From Lingula anatina (taxonomy: Eukaryota; Animalia; Brachiopoda), in the NCBI GenBank assembly GCA_051362555.1, contig CM120640.1:4588001-4652000 (forward strand): DNA of 64,000 bases, given 5' to 3'. Of the stretch, positions 40,284 through 53,812 are shown piece after piece. Positions within the stretch are counted from its first letter, which is position 1. Each line of letters begins with the position of its first letter. Both the position numbers and the translations under genes were made by a program. The notes under the pieces are model-generated. The model was not told where the DNA came from. It searched no databases and saw only the letters and a program-made list of their open reading frames with translations.

Positions 40284-42717
40284 ATGTACAGACACAGATG
40301 TGTCTGTACATATTGCCATCACCTGCGTCTGTCGTCGCCGATGCCGATGCCGATGCCGATGCCGATGCCGATGCCGTCGCCGGCGCCGTGCACTTTCCTT
40401 GTAAACACGATAAGTGGAGGGCAGTTTTACTTTTTGGCTTAATATTTACAGAGCTGATGAATATTCATAAAACGCAGGTCAAGTTCGAAAATCAGCATGA
40501 TCGGGCCATTTTAAGGGAAGTTATGCTGTTTTTTCACTTTTTTCAGCATATATGCAACCCTGTAAACACATTTTAAGGAAAACCGTTAGGCCTGTTATCA
40601 TGTAACTCACAGGAGTAATCAGTCTTATAAAAACACAGGTCAAGTTCGAAAATCAGTATGATCGGGCCACTGTTTTAGTAGTTATGCTGTTTTTTTTCAT
40701 TTTTCAGCATATATGCAACACTGTAAACACAATTTAAGAAAAACAGATAGGCCAATTGTCATTAAACTCACAGGAGTGGTCAATCTTATTAAAATGCAGG
40801 TTGAGTTCGAAAATCAGCATAATCGGGGCATTATTTTAGCAGTTATGCTGTTTTTTCACATTTCCTCCGATTCAACTCTTAGGCATGTTAACAATCTCAT
40901 TATTGAACTAATAAGATATGTAAAAGTGTTTGTTTGACATTTCCTGCATCTTTACAACATTGTTAGTTGATTATGTAAAAATGATGGTAAACTTGTTATC
41001 GTGTATTGTGTAATAAAGTGTCAAAAATGGAAATAAACTCATATCATTGCAGTTTGTCAGATTTAATCATTCACTATGTTCAGAATCTCAGAATGGAAGA
41101 AATTAGACATTTAACACTATTCTATTGATATTTTCCCCATCTCATCAATTTTCTTAGTTGATCATATAAAAATTGCAGTAAACTGTTTATTTTGTTTTAT
41201 GTTAAAAAAAGTGTTAAAAATGGAAATAAACCCATGTCAGAACAGTGCTGTCTTGTTTCACATTTCCTCAGATTCAATTCTTAGGCATGTTAACAGTCTC
41301 ATTATTTAACTAATAAGACATGTTAAAGTGTTTGGTTGACATTTCCTGTATCTTTACAACATTATTAGTTGATTATGTAAAACTGATGGTAAACTTGTTA
41401 TCATGTATTGTGTAATAAAGTTTCAAAAATGGAAATAAACTCATATCATTGCAGTTTGTCAGATGCAATCATTCACTATGTTTAGAATCTCAGAATGGAG
41501 GAAATTGGACATTTAACACTGTTGTATTTATATTTTTCCCATCTCATCAATTTTCTTAGTTGATCATATAAAGATGGCAGTAACCTGTTAATTTTGTTTT
41601 ATGTTAAAAATATTGTTAAAAATGGAAAAAAAAACATTTCAGAACAGTGCTGTCTTGTTTACATTTTGGCATTTTCAAGTTGTGACTTTGAAGTTCCATG
41701 GGCCTGAAGACCTTTGCTAGTCACATTTTCTGAATATCCATGATACTAATATTTTATTATTAAAATTGATGGTCATTATGCTGTTGAACATTATGTAATA
41801 TTGCATCAAAATTTGAAAAAACCTATTTTGGGCACTGCTCCCATGATGACCATTTAAGAAAAACCATGTCACTTACTGTTCTCAAACAGTACAGTAAATA
41901 TGTACAGATGTGTCTGTACATATTGCCATCACCTGTATCTGCCGTCGTCGCCGTCACTGTCGCCGGCGCTGGCGCCGTGCACTTTCATTGTAAACATGAT
42001 AAGTGGAAGGCAGTTTTACTTTTTGGCTGTATATTTACAGAGCTGATGAATATTCATAAAACGCAGGTCAAGTTTGAAAATCAGCATGATCGGGCCATTT
42101 TAAGGGAAGTTATGCTGTTTTTTTTAACTTTTCAGCATATATGCAACACTGAAAACACATTTCAAGGAAAACTGATAGGCCTGTTGTCATGAAACTCACA
42201 GGAGTAATCGATCTTATTATAACGCAGGTCAGGTTCGAAAATCGGCATGATCGGGCCACTGTTTTATTATTATTTTATTAGTTATGCTTTTTTCTTCACT
42301 TTTCAGCATATATGCAACACAGTAAATGCAATATAAGAAAAACAGATACGCCAATTGTCATGAAACTCACAGGAGTGGTCATTCCTGCTAAAACGCAGGT
42401 TGAGTTAAAAAATCAGCTTAATCGGGCCATTATTTTAAAGAAATGCCGTTTTTTCACATTTCCTCAGATTCATTTCTTAGGCATGTTAACAGTTTCATTA
42501 TTTAATTAATAAGATACGTAAAAGTGTTTGTTTGGCATTTCCTGCATCTTTACAACATTATTAGTTGATTATGTAAAAATGATGGTAAACTTGTTATCGT
42601 GTATTGTGTAATAAAGTTTCAAAAATGGAAATAAACTCATATCATTGCAGTTTGTCAGATTCAATCTAGTTATTTCCTGTTTTTTGTCTGTACATTTGAC
42701 AGCTTTGCTGCCTTGTT
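40284..42717 (+). mobile_element. Helentron-associated (HINE/DINE-1/pearl-like) element, duplicated head-to-tail, with (GCCGAT)n microsatellite and internal 161-bp and about 403-bp tandem repeats
   Basis: 5' hairpin ATGTACAGACACA-ga-TGTGTCTGTACAT (40284-40311) after a T run; (GCCGAT)6 at 40337-40372; caggtcaagttcgaaaatcagc units at 40475/40636/40797 and 42064/42225/42396; second head near 41900; 3' subTIR TGTCTGTACAT at 42685-42695 then short palindrome cagctttgctg and cttgtt. Confidence 0.82.
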
Positions 42718-43698
42718 TAAAATACCTTTTGAGGGTTATCTGGTTAATCTGCATTTAATAGATCGATGGCTAAGAAGCAAAAAACTATTAATTTTTTTGT
42801 TTAGTGAAATAAATATTGTGCACCTGAGACTTTTCAGGTTTTACAGTCTTTTCTTTCTAGAAAAAATGTAGCTTTGGCAAGATTTTTTCATTGTCTATTA
42901 TATAAAACCTATTGTGTTATGTTTGTTTATAGCCCAAGATTAAGAAGAAAACAGAATGTTCGTAAAAGATATCTGCCAGGTAAATTTATATAAAACATTG
43001 TGGGGGTGTCAATAGGGGTTGATGCACCTTATTATGGACATGCTACCTTTTTTTATGTCCATAAAAGAAGTTTTATTGTAATAAAACATCCATTATGGTA
43101 AAAAAAAAAGAATTACAATTTCATATTAATTCCTGTCTTCAATTGAACCAGGTGATTCAAAATTAGAGTTAATATGGTGAAGTGTTGGATTCTGTGTGGC
43201 CTTAAAACATACTTGTTGACCTGTTTGAAAATAAAGGCTTCTGACTGAAAATTGAGATTTTTTTTGCAAAATTAAATTGTGTATCTTTGTTCGCAATTAA
43301 GTGAGATGTTGATAGATTATAAATGAATATGTGAGAAAATGGTTCTCTTTTTAAGAGCTTAAGGAGTCCCCCCTCCCCCCATGTCAATATTAAAAGAGAA
43401 TCCTGATTGTTAGTTATATAAAAAGTACACTGTCTAAACAAGCTGAACTTCCAGTCCCACTGGGTATCTCCAGAATACTGACTTTCACTCTTTTCTTTAA
43501 AAAAAATTGCATTTCATGTGAGGGTTACTCATTCTGATCAGCATTTAAAATATTATCCAAATTAGTGTATTTTATCAAAATAGATTTTTTAAATTATATA
43601 AGTAACACAATTCACATTGATGAATGAGCAAATTATTGTAAATCTTCAAACTTAAAATCTTATTGGGCAGCTGTAAAGATTGCAATCAGGGTATGTAG

Positions 43699-43874
43699 CA
43701 GGGGCAGATTGAGGCCGTCTTCTGGGTCTTACAGAAGATGACCAGATATTCGAGTTTACATTGACAGTTATTCAAGTTTACATTGACATTGACAGTCAAA
43801 AATGGAGGATGGGTCAACAAAGATAATTTGGAAGACTGTCAGAAAATCAGAAAATATCTCTGGATCCGCCCCTA
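43699..43874 (+). mobile_element. MITE family A copy, 5-bp TSD TGTAG
   Basis: caggggcagat...atccgccccta; tgtag at 43694-43698 and 43875-43879; small internal duplications. Confidence 0.88.
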
Positions 43875-43895
43875 TGTAGATTGTGCATTTCTGTC

Positions 43896-44012
43896 AGGCC
43901 TACCGAATTAGCTTTACTAGGCGTGACAGACGTTTAAGCCGGTTAGTTTGATAGAAATTTAGTGAGACTCCCCAGGGAGATAGATCGATCCAAATATCTG
44001 TGGGAATGGTCC
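43896..44012. mobile_element. 3' half of a Harbinger-like MITE (same family as 14204-14418)
   Basis: tttaagccgg...tagtgagactcccca...atagatcgatc...tgggaat aligns with about 14338-14412. Confidence 0.7.
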
Positions 44013-46189
44013 CTAAAAAATCCTGTTCATTGATAAGTGTTAATTGAACCATGACTCCTACGTGCCTAGGCTAATATTTAGCAGGGATTGAAATGTAGAC
44101 TGATCACTCCTGAAGGGAATGTACCACGAGTTACTTGCCAATAGTTTCATGTCACACTGAGTAACATGCTTATCATTATCAAGGGGGTCCTGTTTAAAAA
44201 CCTTTTATAAAATACTGGTTGTTCAAATATTAACATATAATATTCATGGACCTCAATTGTGTTCAGAAAAAGTATGGTCATTTTTCTGATGACATTATAT
44301 CGGCGGAGTGTTATTTCCGGTTTCTCGATTTTCTCCATCACCTTGCTCGTACCAGAAAAATCTCAAATGGGTGTGACTGATTTCCTTACAACTAGTCTGT
44401 TTACATTTTATCTCTAATACTGTTAAATGGCACCAAGTTTCACTGGAATTCTGTAAATAAAACTGCCTTAAAGTTCTTACCCAGAATCTGCTCACCTAAT
44501 ATGTGCTTTTTGAAGTTTTTATTAATGTTTTTTTTTTTTTACAAATAGTATGAGTAAGTCCAACAATTTTTAACCCAAAACCTTTATTGGCAAAAAATTA
44601 TTTGAAGCAATTACAAACAACATGTAATCAAGTAAACAATCAATAGTTAAATGGACATTAAATGTCAATACTCAGCATTTGACATTTTTGTATCAAATCA
44701 CATTTTATAAATGACAAATGCTCTGAATCATGAAGTCAAAGATATTCTAAGCTGTAGCTAAATCAGGAGTAAAATTTTAGCATGTTCTTCACATTCATCA
44801 TTTTTGTGTCAGTTCTTAAAAACTGAGAACATTATTGAATTAAAGTGCAAATTGCAGCAATTTAATAAAAAAAGCATACACAATGCAAAAATATACAATA
44901 TTTACATGACAAATGATAAAATGTGGTTTAATTGTGCATATCCATCCAAGTGTCATACACACTGACCCCTTAAGAAACCGCAGACAGTGTTGCATTTTGC
45001 ATTATTCTATTAATCACAACTCCAGAAAAAAGATGCTCTAAAACCCTTCCACATGGATAACCATGTTTTTACTGTAATTTTGTAGAGATTTGTAGCATGT
45101 ATATGTATATACTAAGTACAGTAAGGCTAGGCCTGAGACAAATAACAAAGTTTATGATTAACATTATAGCAAATGTATTCAAAAACATATATATTATCGT
45201 TAACAAATCCACTTCAAAAGTAAAGTTTTCCATAAATACAATTTAGGACTTAGGTACTACCTGTCCTTGTAAAAGCAACAGCTGTTAATAAAGCAGCAGT
45301 TATTACGTATGTACAAGATATATTGCAAGCATTGTACCGCACAAGATATATATATATACATATGATAATATCTACAATTATTGGTCGTGCCTCTGGCAGA
45401 TCTCATTACTGGATCAAACAAAACTTAAATTTAATGCATTAAGTCAACAATGAATGAGATAAGATGAACTTTGGTTTATCTGGGGATGTCAGGTAGGGCA
45501 AGTGCCCTGGGCACCACTTGAAGCAGATTCCACTTTAGAGTAAAGGAACCTAAAAATAGGATTTCATAAGTTTAGACAGGGGGTGTAATTTTACTGCTTG
45601 CCAAAGGCCCTATTTTCCATAGATACATCCATGAAGATGAGTGATAATTGTAACCATTGTTCTTCATCTTGCGTAAGGCTCATTTTGACTCTTGCACAAT
45701 GCCACTATTGATGGTTAACATTTCCAGTCAATTTTAAAAAATGTTCACAATAGTAAAAGACCCCAAGCCATTTGGTAATTTTGCAAAGCCATGGTTATTT
45801 TTGAAGCAACAAATCTTTTTCTGTTTTTTACTTGAAAAATAAGGCTTGCGGATATGATAAACATAATAACTAAATCTAAGTATTGTTAAAAATTAACAGC
45901 ATTTGTCATAAAAATATGTACATAGTCCACAGTATCATACTGCTAAAACTACAGTTGCAAGGTAAAGCTTCATGTACATATGAAAAATCAACTTCCATCT
46001 GCTAAAATATTTCTATAAGCCTTATCACATTTTTTTTTTTCAAAGACAAAGCAAATCATATTTCAAATGTATTATTTCAAGGCTTTTTTCCAAAATTTCA
46101 TGCTCATCTTTATACCCCTACTTATAAGAAAAAAGTTACCAATAATAGCAGGATGCCACAAATACGGTCATATGCAAAATGTTCTGCGA

Positions 46190-49100
46190 TTATCGAGCAA
46201 ATCCAAGGAGAGATTTTTCTGGGGACACAGGGCCCTTTGGTGATTGCCAGTTTCCACCTTGGTTGTAGGTTAGGGTGATGTTAATGCTGTGGTTTGGCAG
46301 GCAGGGGTAGGCCCCTATGGCACACTGGTAAGCCTCGACATCACTCATTGGGGGTGGGCAACTTTCTGTTAAGTTTGAGCCATGGAAGCATCTCTGGTCT
46401 GGAGGCACTGCCCGGGACTGGTTGTACAATGTCTGGAGGTACAGAGTACTGTAGGGCTGGAAGGCACTTCTGGCTTCAGATGATGTGTGGGTGGGGGTGG
46501 TGGTTCTGACCTCTGAGGGAGGAGAAGTCTCGGGCTGGGTCCAGCTGCCTTTGGACAACCAGTGTTGCATGTCAGATGCTGGAATTGGGTTCAGTTCTGT
46601 CAGTGTCTTAGGACTTGAAGCTGATCTTGGGTTGTGGTGGCTCTCAGTTCTTGGTGACTGATTTATCATGTTCTCCTCAGTAGAAGCATTGGCAGCAGCA
46701 TCTGATTTGGCTTTCTGTTGTTCTGCCAGGAAGTAGTCTATGGAAGGAAGGTTTGGATCAGGGTTGACATCACTGGCTGGTGGGGTTCTCTCAGCTTCGC
46801 CCTTTGGGGAGGCAGGGGTTGGAGAGGCTGTAGGTAATTTTTGTGCCATATTATGCACTAGGTTTTTATCCAAAGGCTGGTCAAGAGACAGAATGTCTCC
46901 TGGCTCATTAATCTCAAAATCATACTGATCTGGCATGAGCTTGTTCCAGTCCAAGTGTGTGCTGTCATAATGGAAATCTGGGTTGAGAGACAGAGGCCAA
47001 GTGGACCAGGCACCATGGACATCATAGCTGGAATTAGTAGGAGAGGTGGAGGACTTGGCGACGGTGGTAGTCTCAGATGTTGGACATCTGTTCAATGGAA
47101 ACATACAGTCCTTGTATGCATTGGTCTCAAACCTGGCATTGGATTCTGCCAAGAATGCCGATGAGGATAAGGAGGAAGACAGGGATGAAGCCACAGTGAT
47201 GCTGTTTGCCACTGCAGATTGGGAAGCCAGAATGGCTGAAGATTCTGCTTTGCCAAGAATTCCTTTTGTGTGCTGCATGGTTTTCTCCATTTTAAATGAC
47301 TCCATCACCAGATTGAGTGGCTCCCTGCTGGTGTAAGTGGATGGGAATCCTGGCTTAGAGCACTGGCATTCAAATGGGGGACAGGAACACACAGCATCTT
47401 TTCCTGCAATATTTTAAAATAATTGATTAAATTATTGTTGAAATAATATATCTATTTTTCGCTTTAATGACGCATCAATGAACTTTACCTTTTAACGAGT
47501 TTACTTGGAAATAAAACGCTATATCCTTACCTTTAACCTCATAAAACAAATCTTATATTCATTAATTAAATGGCAATTTTAACCAATGAAAGTTATTATC
47601 AAAGGAATCTCATCTGTACCTAAATGCACAGGCCTGGGAACCTTTGGTGGAGTCGGCATTGAGGATCGGTTGACATTCCAGTTTGTTCCAGATGCTCTTC
47701 GTCTTGCCACGCGCAGCTGTAAAATAAGATGAAATGTTGAGAACTGTCTCCTTGTATTAAAATATACAAAAGAAATGAATGCTGGCAAAATTTCTCCCCC
47801 CAAAAAACAACATAAATTTTGAATCAGAAACCACAAAATCAATTTTTATCTTATTTATGTATATATGCGCTCCAATCAAGGTGTATGTGCTTAAAATGTA
47901 TACTTACCCATGTTCTTCTCAACTGGAGGTCGGTTGACGCTTTAGTTTGGGGTTTGGCGTGGTCATGCTGTCCTTTGCCTTGGAAGTAGATGAGCCCGCT
48001 GCTGTGCCGCCAGAAATGGGTAACAGGGTAACCAGCGTGGCCGTGACACGCCTTCAGTGTAAGGACACCTCGACAAGACACATTTGGACATGGTCGTCCT
48101 GCAATATTTTAACGATTAGCAAATAACAAGGAGTAGAAAATATTTATCAAGGTATATTATATGATATGATGGCCTATCCCTTCTTCGTATCAATATTAAT
48201 CGTATCTTGTATGTATTGAAACTAACATTTGAACCCACATCATTATAGCTGTGCATGTTGCCAATAAATATTAGAAAATGTCACAGTTTCCGCCAGATTT
48301 TGATGTGTTGAATATGACCCGCATTCGAATGAATTGCAGCAAACAAAACAAAACAAGAAAACACTAGAAACAGACGTGTTCATTTCATCCGACCTACCTA
48401 GTTGCTTCCTTCTGGCTTTGTCACAGATAGCCGGGCGCAGCAGCACTTTCTTTCCATTCTCAAGAGTACAATTTTCACTGCACACTAAAACCCCCAAACA
48501 TGACTTTTTCAGGATGTTCACGTTGTGGTTGTTGGTGTTTCTCATGGCCCAGCCGCTTGCATGGCGGGAAGCCTCCTCCTGGGTGCCCGTATAGATACGG
48601 TGGGTGTGGCCGTCCGGCCATTCCTCGAAAATATCCACTTGCACGGGCTAAAAGAAGGGAGAATAAAATTGCATATGAATATCGTCATATCTATACACTA
48701 CGTGTACATTGGATCGTTTCATATTATTCACATGCATGGCATTTTAAATTAGCCTACTACTTCATGTGAAGATGCATTTAACAGAGGCATGGGACAGTTG
48801 GCAAATATTTTTTATAACTTTGAATTGAATGGTATATGGGATTTTTATGAGAAGCAGTGGCATGAACGTATTTTCTGATGACCACAATATTTTTATGCAC
48901 AAGTTTATTATTTTATCGGGTTCTGAATCCAGGTATACCCTGTTTGAATTGATATCAATCAATGGCGGGTCCAGGGGTGCCAGGTGGACCACGTGCGCTC
49001 TCCCACTAAAATTCGAAGGTAACCCGACCTCCTTCTCCCCCTCCTACCCTCTCCCCAGAAATACGAGGCCCCTTATTACTAGAGGAACAAGACAAAACTA

Positions 49101-49842
49101 AGCGATTTTCCATCCCCTGTATCAAAGACGCTACAACCTAATATTTTACACTAGCCTTGGCAAAAAAAAAATTGTGCACATCCTCTTTCTTGAGCAAAAC
49201 TCTAGCTGGCCGAAACAAGCTGTTTTTCTTCGATTAGTTTAAGCTGATATAACGCTTACAATTTGCACGCCTTGTATATTCACTTTGGGAGAAAGTGTCA
49301 TTTTCAGCACTACGTTCCATGTTTAAAAAAAACATTTATTTTACCTTCGTAACAGAAACCATGGGCTTTGTACCAAAATAAAACGGAAAAATTCAAAACT
49401 ACCAAAATTACGTCTGTGGTTTCTATACGAGTAAAGAAAATAAGAAAATTTTATAATAATTTTTTCAGTTCCGTGCGTTTGAGCACGAAAGGATAAAAAC
49501 GATCGTTGCATAACGTAATTCCCACGATATGTTAAGTAGCCTCATCCTATTCTGTCGGAGGGGTTCATAAGGTGATATTTGAGCATAAGTAAAATTCAAT
49601 GGCGTGTTTATTAAAGCATTAAAATGTAACCAAACACCGAGCGCGGTGGGCCTTTTGCGTGTTTTTAGTGCTGGCATGAACCTACTATCCCCGGTCATCT
49701 CGACAAATTGGTGACAAAACAATCTTACCACTGGAAGGACTCCGTCATTGATGTCCCACGAGTTACCAGTCGCCTTCTGGAGGCTGCCATACCTGGGCAT
49801 GGAGAGCTTCAGGGAATGCCGTGAAGAGGGGATTGCCGACAT
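46190..49842 (-). CDS. gcm: Glial cells missing (GCM-domain transcription factor), 5 coding exons, about 621 aa
   Basis: Exons 49842-49729, 48647-48398, 48098-47908, 47716-47620, 47403-46190; GT-AG, phases consistent, 1866 nt. GCM domain: WDIND...FEEWPDG...[29 protein letters not shown]...[12 protein letters not shown]...CPN...[14 protein letters not shown]...FQGKGQHDH. Long S/P/T-rich C-terminus. Confidence 0.96.
48317..48324 (-). promoter_or_regulatory. Consensus GCM binding site (ATGCGGGT) in a gcm intron
   Basis: ACCCGCAT on the plus strand; exact match to the known GCM octamer. Confidence 0.55.
49519..49526 (-). promoter_or_regulatory. Consensus Su(H)/CSL site (CGTGGGAA) in a gcm intron
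   Basis: TTCCCACG on the plus strand. Confidence 0.45.
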
Positions 49843-52831
49843 GCCAAAACTGAAAAATAAATTTTTTTTTTATTTGATTTTTTTTGTTTGTTTGTTTTAT
49901 TTCATAACCCATACTAGAAAAAGGTCACTGTATTTATTCACCGTGCATTTTCATAGACGACCAACGGCAATTATTTCGGGAAGCTTAAACTTCTGTCTAT
50001 TTCTTTCAAAATGCAAATGATCTAATCACGGTTACCTGATATGATCTTAAGGGGCTGACTTTTTATTGATAAAATTGTTGTACTTAAATAGAATGGACTA
50101 GAACCTGCTATGGGTCGAGAAAGTTTGAAACCGATATGAAAAGGTACGCGGTTATCATCCGTTGCAATGGTCAAACAAAATGGTTGCTTAATTGACCGTT
50201 AAGGTGAGTAGTTGAAGATCAATTTGTAAATCGGCAATGAAAAGAATACTAAAGTTCCGCTTTGGGAATTTGTCAAAATATTCCACATATCATTTTTACC
50301 CTTTCTTTAAATAAAAGGAAATAGCGGAACATTCGAACCCGATACGACCTTTCTTCACAACACAATATCTCACGGTAGAGTAACTTTGGCCTGTGGTGGC
50401 ATTAAAGTCAAACAGATCTTCTTCGTGCCATGAGAACCATAAGCGTTGTACAATTCGGCACATTCTCATGAAGATAAACTCAGTCGTCCGCAGAAATACA
50501 AAATCATCTCACAAAGGGGACACATTATCAATCAGAAGTTAAGGTTGTCTGCCTACAAGACAGCCTTGTTCGGATAATATAAAATTTAAAAGAGGAGCGT
50601 GTGCTGTTGTCCAAGTATGAGAAATTAATATAAATGAATTAATCTCTCACTTAAAACCCAATTACACTGAAGTAGTTTAACATGTTAGATTTTAAAAAAC
50701 ATTTTTTTTTTTTTGGGGGGGGGGTTGCTAGATGTCTGTCATGCGGATTTCTTTGGCGTATACAAAATGTGCTATCATCCATCCTATCGCATGTAACTTC
50801 TGCGCAAATAGTACAAAATCAAGTGACCTGATAAACGTGTATGGCACCGTTAACAATCATTGGAACAAGGTGAAAATGTTTAATAGAATTGTATTTGAGA
50901 GCAATTTGATAGCACATTCATCACAAACCGAAATCAAGTTTTTAATTTGACCAGTGTTGCATGATACGGTGAAGCTCTTGTAGAGGCGCAGTTTCTTTGT
51001 CGGTAAATGCCATTCAGAGTGCCTTAAATTGTCATCGTCTCTTGCCACATTAAGGTCTCACTAGTTTTGTGCTCACTTAAATAAATTGACCTTATTCCAT
51101 TTTATGCTCGAAAATAATGATGCATCATTCCAAATTATTATTCGTGTATTTCTATCCAGAGATGAATCGTCTCTGCAAAACTTGCCGTCACGTGAAAGGT
51201 CGCTATGTTGAGATTTCTTTAAGGAAAACGCGCACAAAAGACCGAAATATCTTATAAATACACACCCAGGTTGTTAAAAGGAAATGCTTAGATGAAAACA
51301 TAATTCATCAAATGAGCGCGCGTAAGAAAACGCTCTCGCAACACACACCAACTGCAACCCACGTTAACAAAATGGCATTAGTTTACCCCGCTAGCATATC
51401 AAAACTAGACCCCGCTTTTTGATGAAGGGATAAGTGCCGCGACAACACCTTCTAGTTGCCGTGCCTTAGCAGTATGCCTGGGGCTACAGGGCCAGCTAAT
51501 GTGACGGCAAAGTGACGTCGTTCACATTGGTTGACATTGCATGAACTTACCTAAGTTCAGGTGAACACGATATGTGCCATATATTCAGCATGCAAATTAG
51601 AACGACTGTATGCAATCAATGGAGGACCGTAATAATTCCAGACCAGTAGTTTGTAGCTAGTTTTTTCTTCTTATTATTTTTTACCATCTTCAAACTGGTA
51701 GACAATAAAGTGATTTATATATGTATAAAGCATAATTGTTTTTATAAATTACATGTAAAATAATTATAAACATGCAATTACAAAAATTTATTTAGTTATG
51801 TCCTCAAAAGAAAGGTTAAGAAGTGATCAGATTCCGATAAATCCTCAGCAACAATTTCTTGTCTGTTATCAATTAAATGCCTATTGCTGTTTGGAAATGG
51901 ATTTCAATAGTCCGTTCGATTAGTTGAAACTGAACAAACTGTCTCAAGTCTCTTAATTGTCCTCTTCACCAAGTGAAATAATAAATGGATAAGTTGAAGT
52001 ATTCCCGAATCGTATAAATAGCGGAAATTTGGCATTAACATTCCTGTGATATGAAATGAAACGGGGAAGTATCAAGTGTGATCTTTTTAAATCTCTACAC
52101 AAACAGAGCAAACAAATCACCGCTGACAGCACAGTTTTTTTACTAATTGAATTCACTATATTGATTTATGTAAAAGACACTCCCAGCTTTTGCTTCTTAA
52201 AATGTACCACTTACTAAAACGTGCCATTTCCCGCAAAGTTTGAAACGCTCTTCAAACATTGAATTCATCAAATACGCGACAAAAGGGAAAAAAGACCTAT
52301 TATCCCAGTAACTGCACACAATACATTTGCGATACATTTCACTTCTTGTGTTCTGTGTTGACGGAATGTGTATAAGTATTGCTTTATTTGTCAAGTTTTC
52401 AACTTTCACCTCCATTAAATCTATGTACGGTTAAGCTTACGGTACGGGGATGGAAAACCTCGATTTATTCAGAAATAGGATGTTCATTTTGCATACAAAG
52501 TTACGGAATTTTCCGCAAATAAATAAATTGTAGCGTGGAAAATAAAACACAGATGCGCTCAAGAGATTTTTATAATTTTGTTGAAAAGGCATGCTTTCAA
52601 ATTTAGCTTTTGACCTGCTTAATCCAATCGTATTTAATCTCTACGTATAAAATGACTGAAATGAGTATTATTTTCGTCTTGCATTATGGTGCACTATTCG
52701 CTCCTTTGAGAGACTTTCTTTATTTTCAGCCCCGCAGTGTGTACATGCAGGTAGCAAGATGTGGTCTCGGTCGTACGCCTGCCACGCGTACGTTGTCTCT
52801 CTGTTGTTCTTTCCCCCTAGGGGTAAAATTT

Positions 52832-52839
52832 ATGCGGGT
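52832..52839 (+). promoter_or_regulatory. Consensus GCM binding site (ATGCGGGT) in the putative gcm first intron
   Basis: Exact octamer in a CpG-rich block. Confidence 0.55.
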
Positions 52840-53812
52840 GATCCACTTGAATAGCCCTTATTTTATTAGCACCCGGACGAGAGAACGATTCTGACTGTGT
52901 ACTGAAAAGAAACACGAGGTTTTTTCTCCGAAAAAAAAAGCGCGCAAAAAGAACTCCGAAGACGTCTGAAATTAAGCTCTGAAAGTTCGATGTTCAGTCT
53001 ATATACTGCTATTTCAAGGTCAGGCTAAGGTTGAGTAAATACCCTGTTTAAATAAAAATTCAGAAGACATTTCTTTTGAAATTTGTTCATAAGCGTGATG
53101 TTAATTGTTTGTCTATTTTAAAATCTCCCGAAAAAATGTATTAATAGCGACCACTAATTCATTATTTCACTTAGCTCAGTTGAAGGTAAGAATTGTACTA
53201 ACATTGTAAACCAATTCAATTTAAATGTTTAAAGAGCTGGGTGAAAAATTGTGCTATACAAATAAGATGGGACTAAACACAGCTAAGACCTTTGCAGTCT
53301 GGAGGAAACGGCGCATATTCCTGCCATGTTTGTGAGGTAAGTTGCAATGATGTTCCGGAGATATTTTTCACGATATTTCAATGTTAGCAACATCTTACAT
53401 TCAGACAATTTATAAGATATTAATCATTTAAATGAGTAGAAAGTCATGTGCATCACTTTTTTTGCTTTTCTATTCTTTTGTGTCACATAGTTGTGAAAAA
53501 ATCCCTTCCTGCCTTTGCGCGCATCCTGTTTGAATGAAGTAATGTCGTGACAACATCTAAAACGGGCGTTTTTACATTGTAAAACCCATATGTAATTACA
53601 AATTTAAAAACATGCTTCAAAATTCTAGTTTGATGACTGCCGTCACTGCTGGCGAACGCTATCATGGACCAGCTTCGTTGGCGGTCCCGCACATGCCTGC
53701 AGACCCTCATGTACCCCCTTCTTTAAAACGTGAAAACTTAAAAACCCTTCTTCTTGCTGCAAATCAAACAGGGATATAAACAGAATGAATAAAATTGATA
53801 GAAAAAACTCAC

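Noticed and set aside
40176-40576. ORFs with MPMPMP and ADADAD repeats
   Set aside because: They are translations of the (GCCGAT)n microsatellite inside the HINE element.
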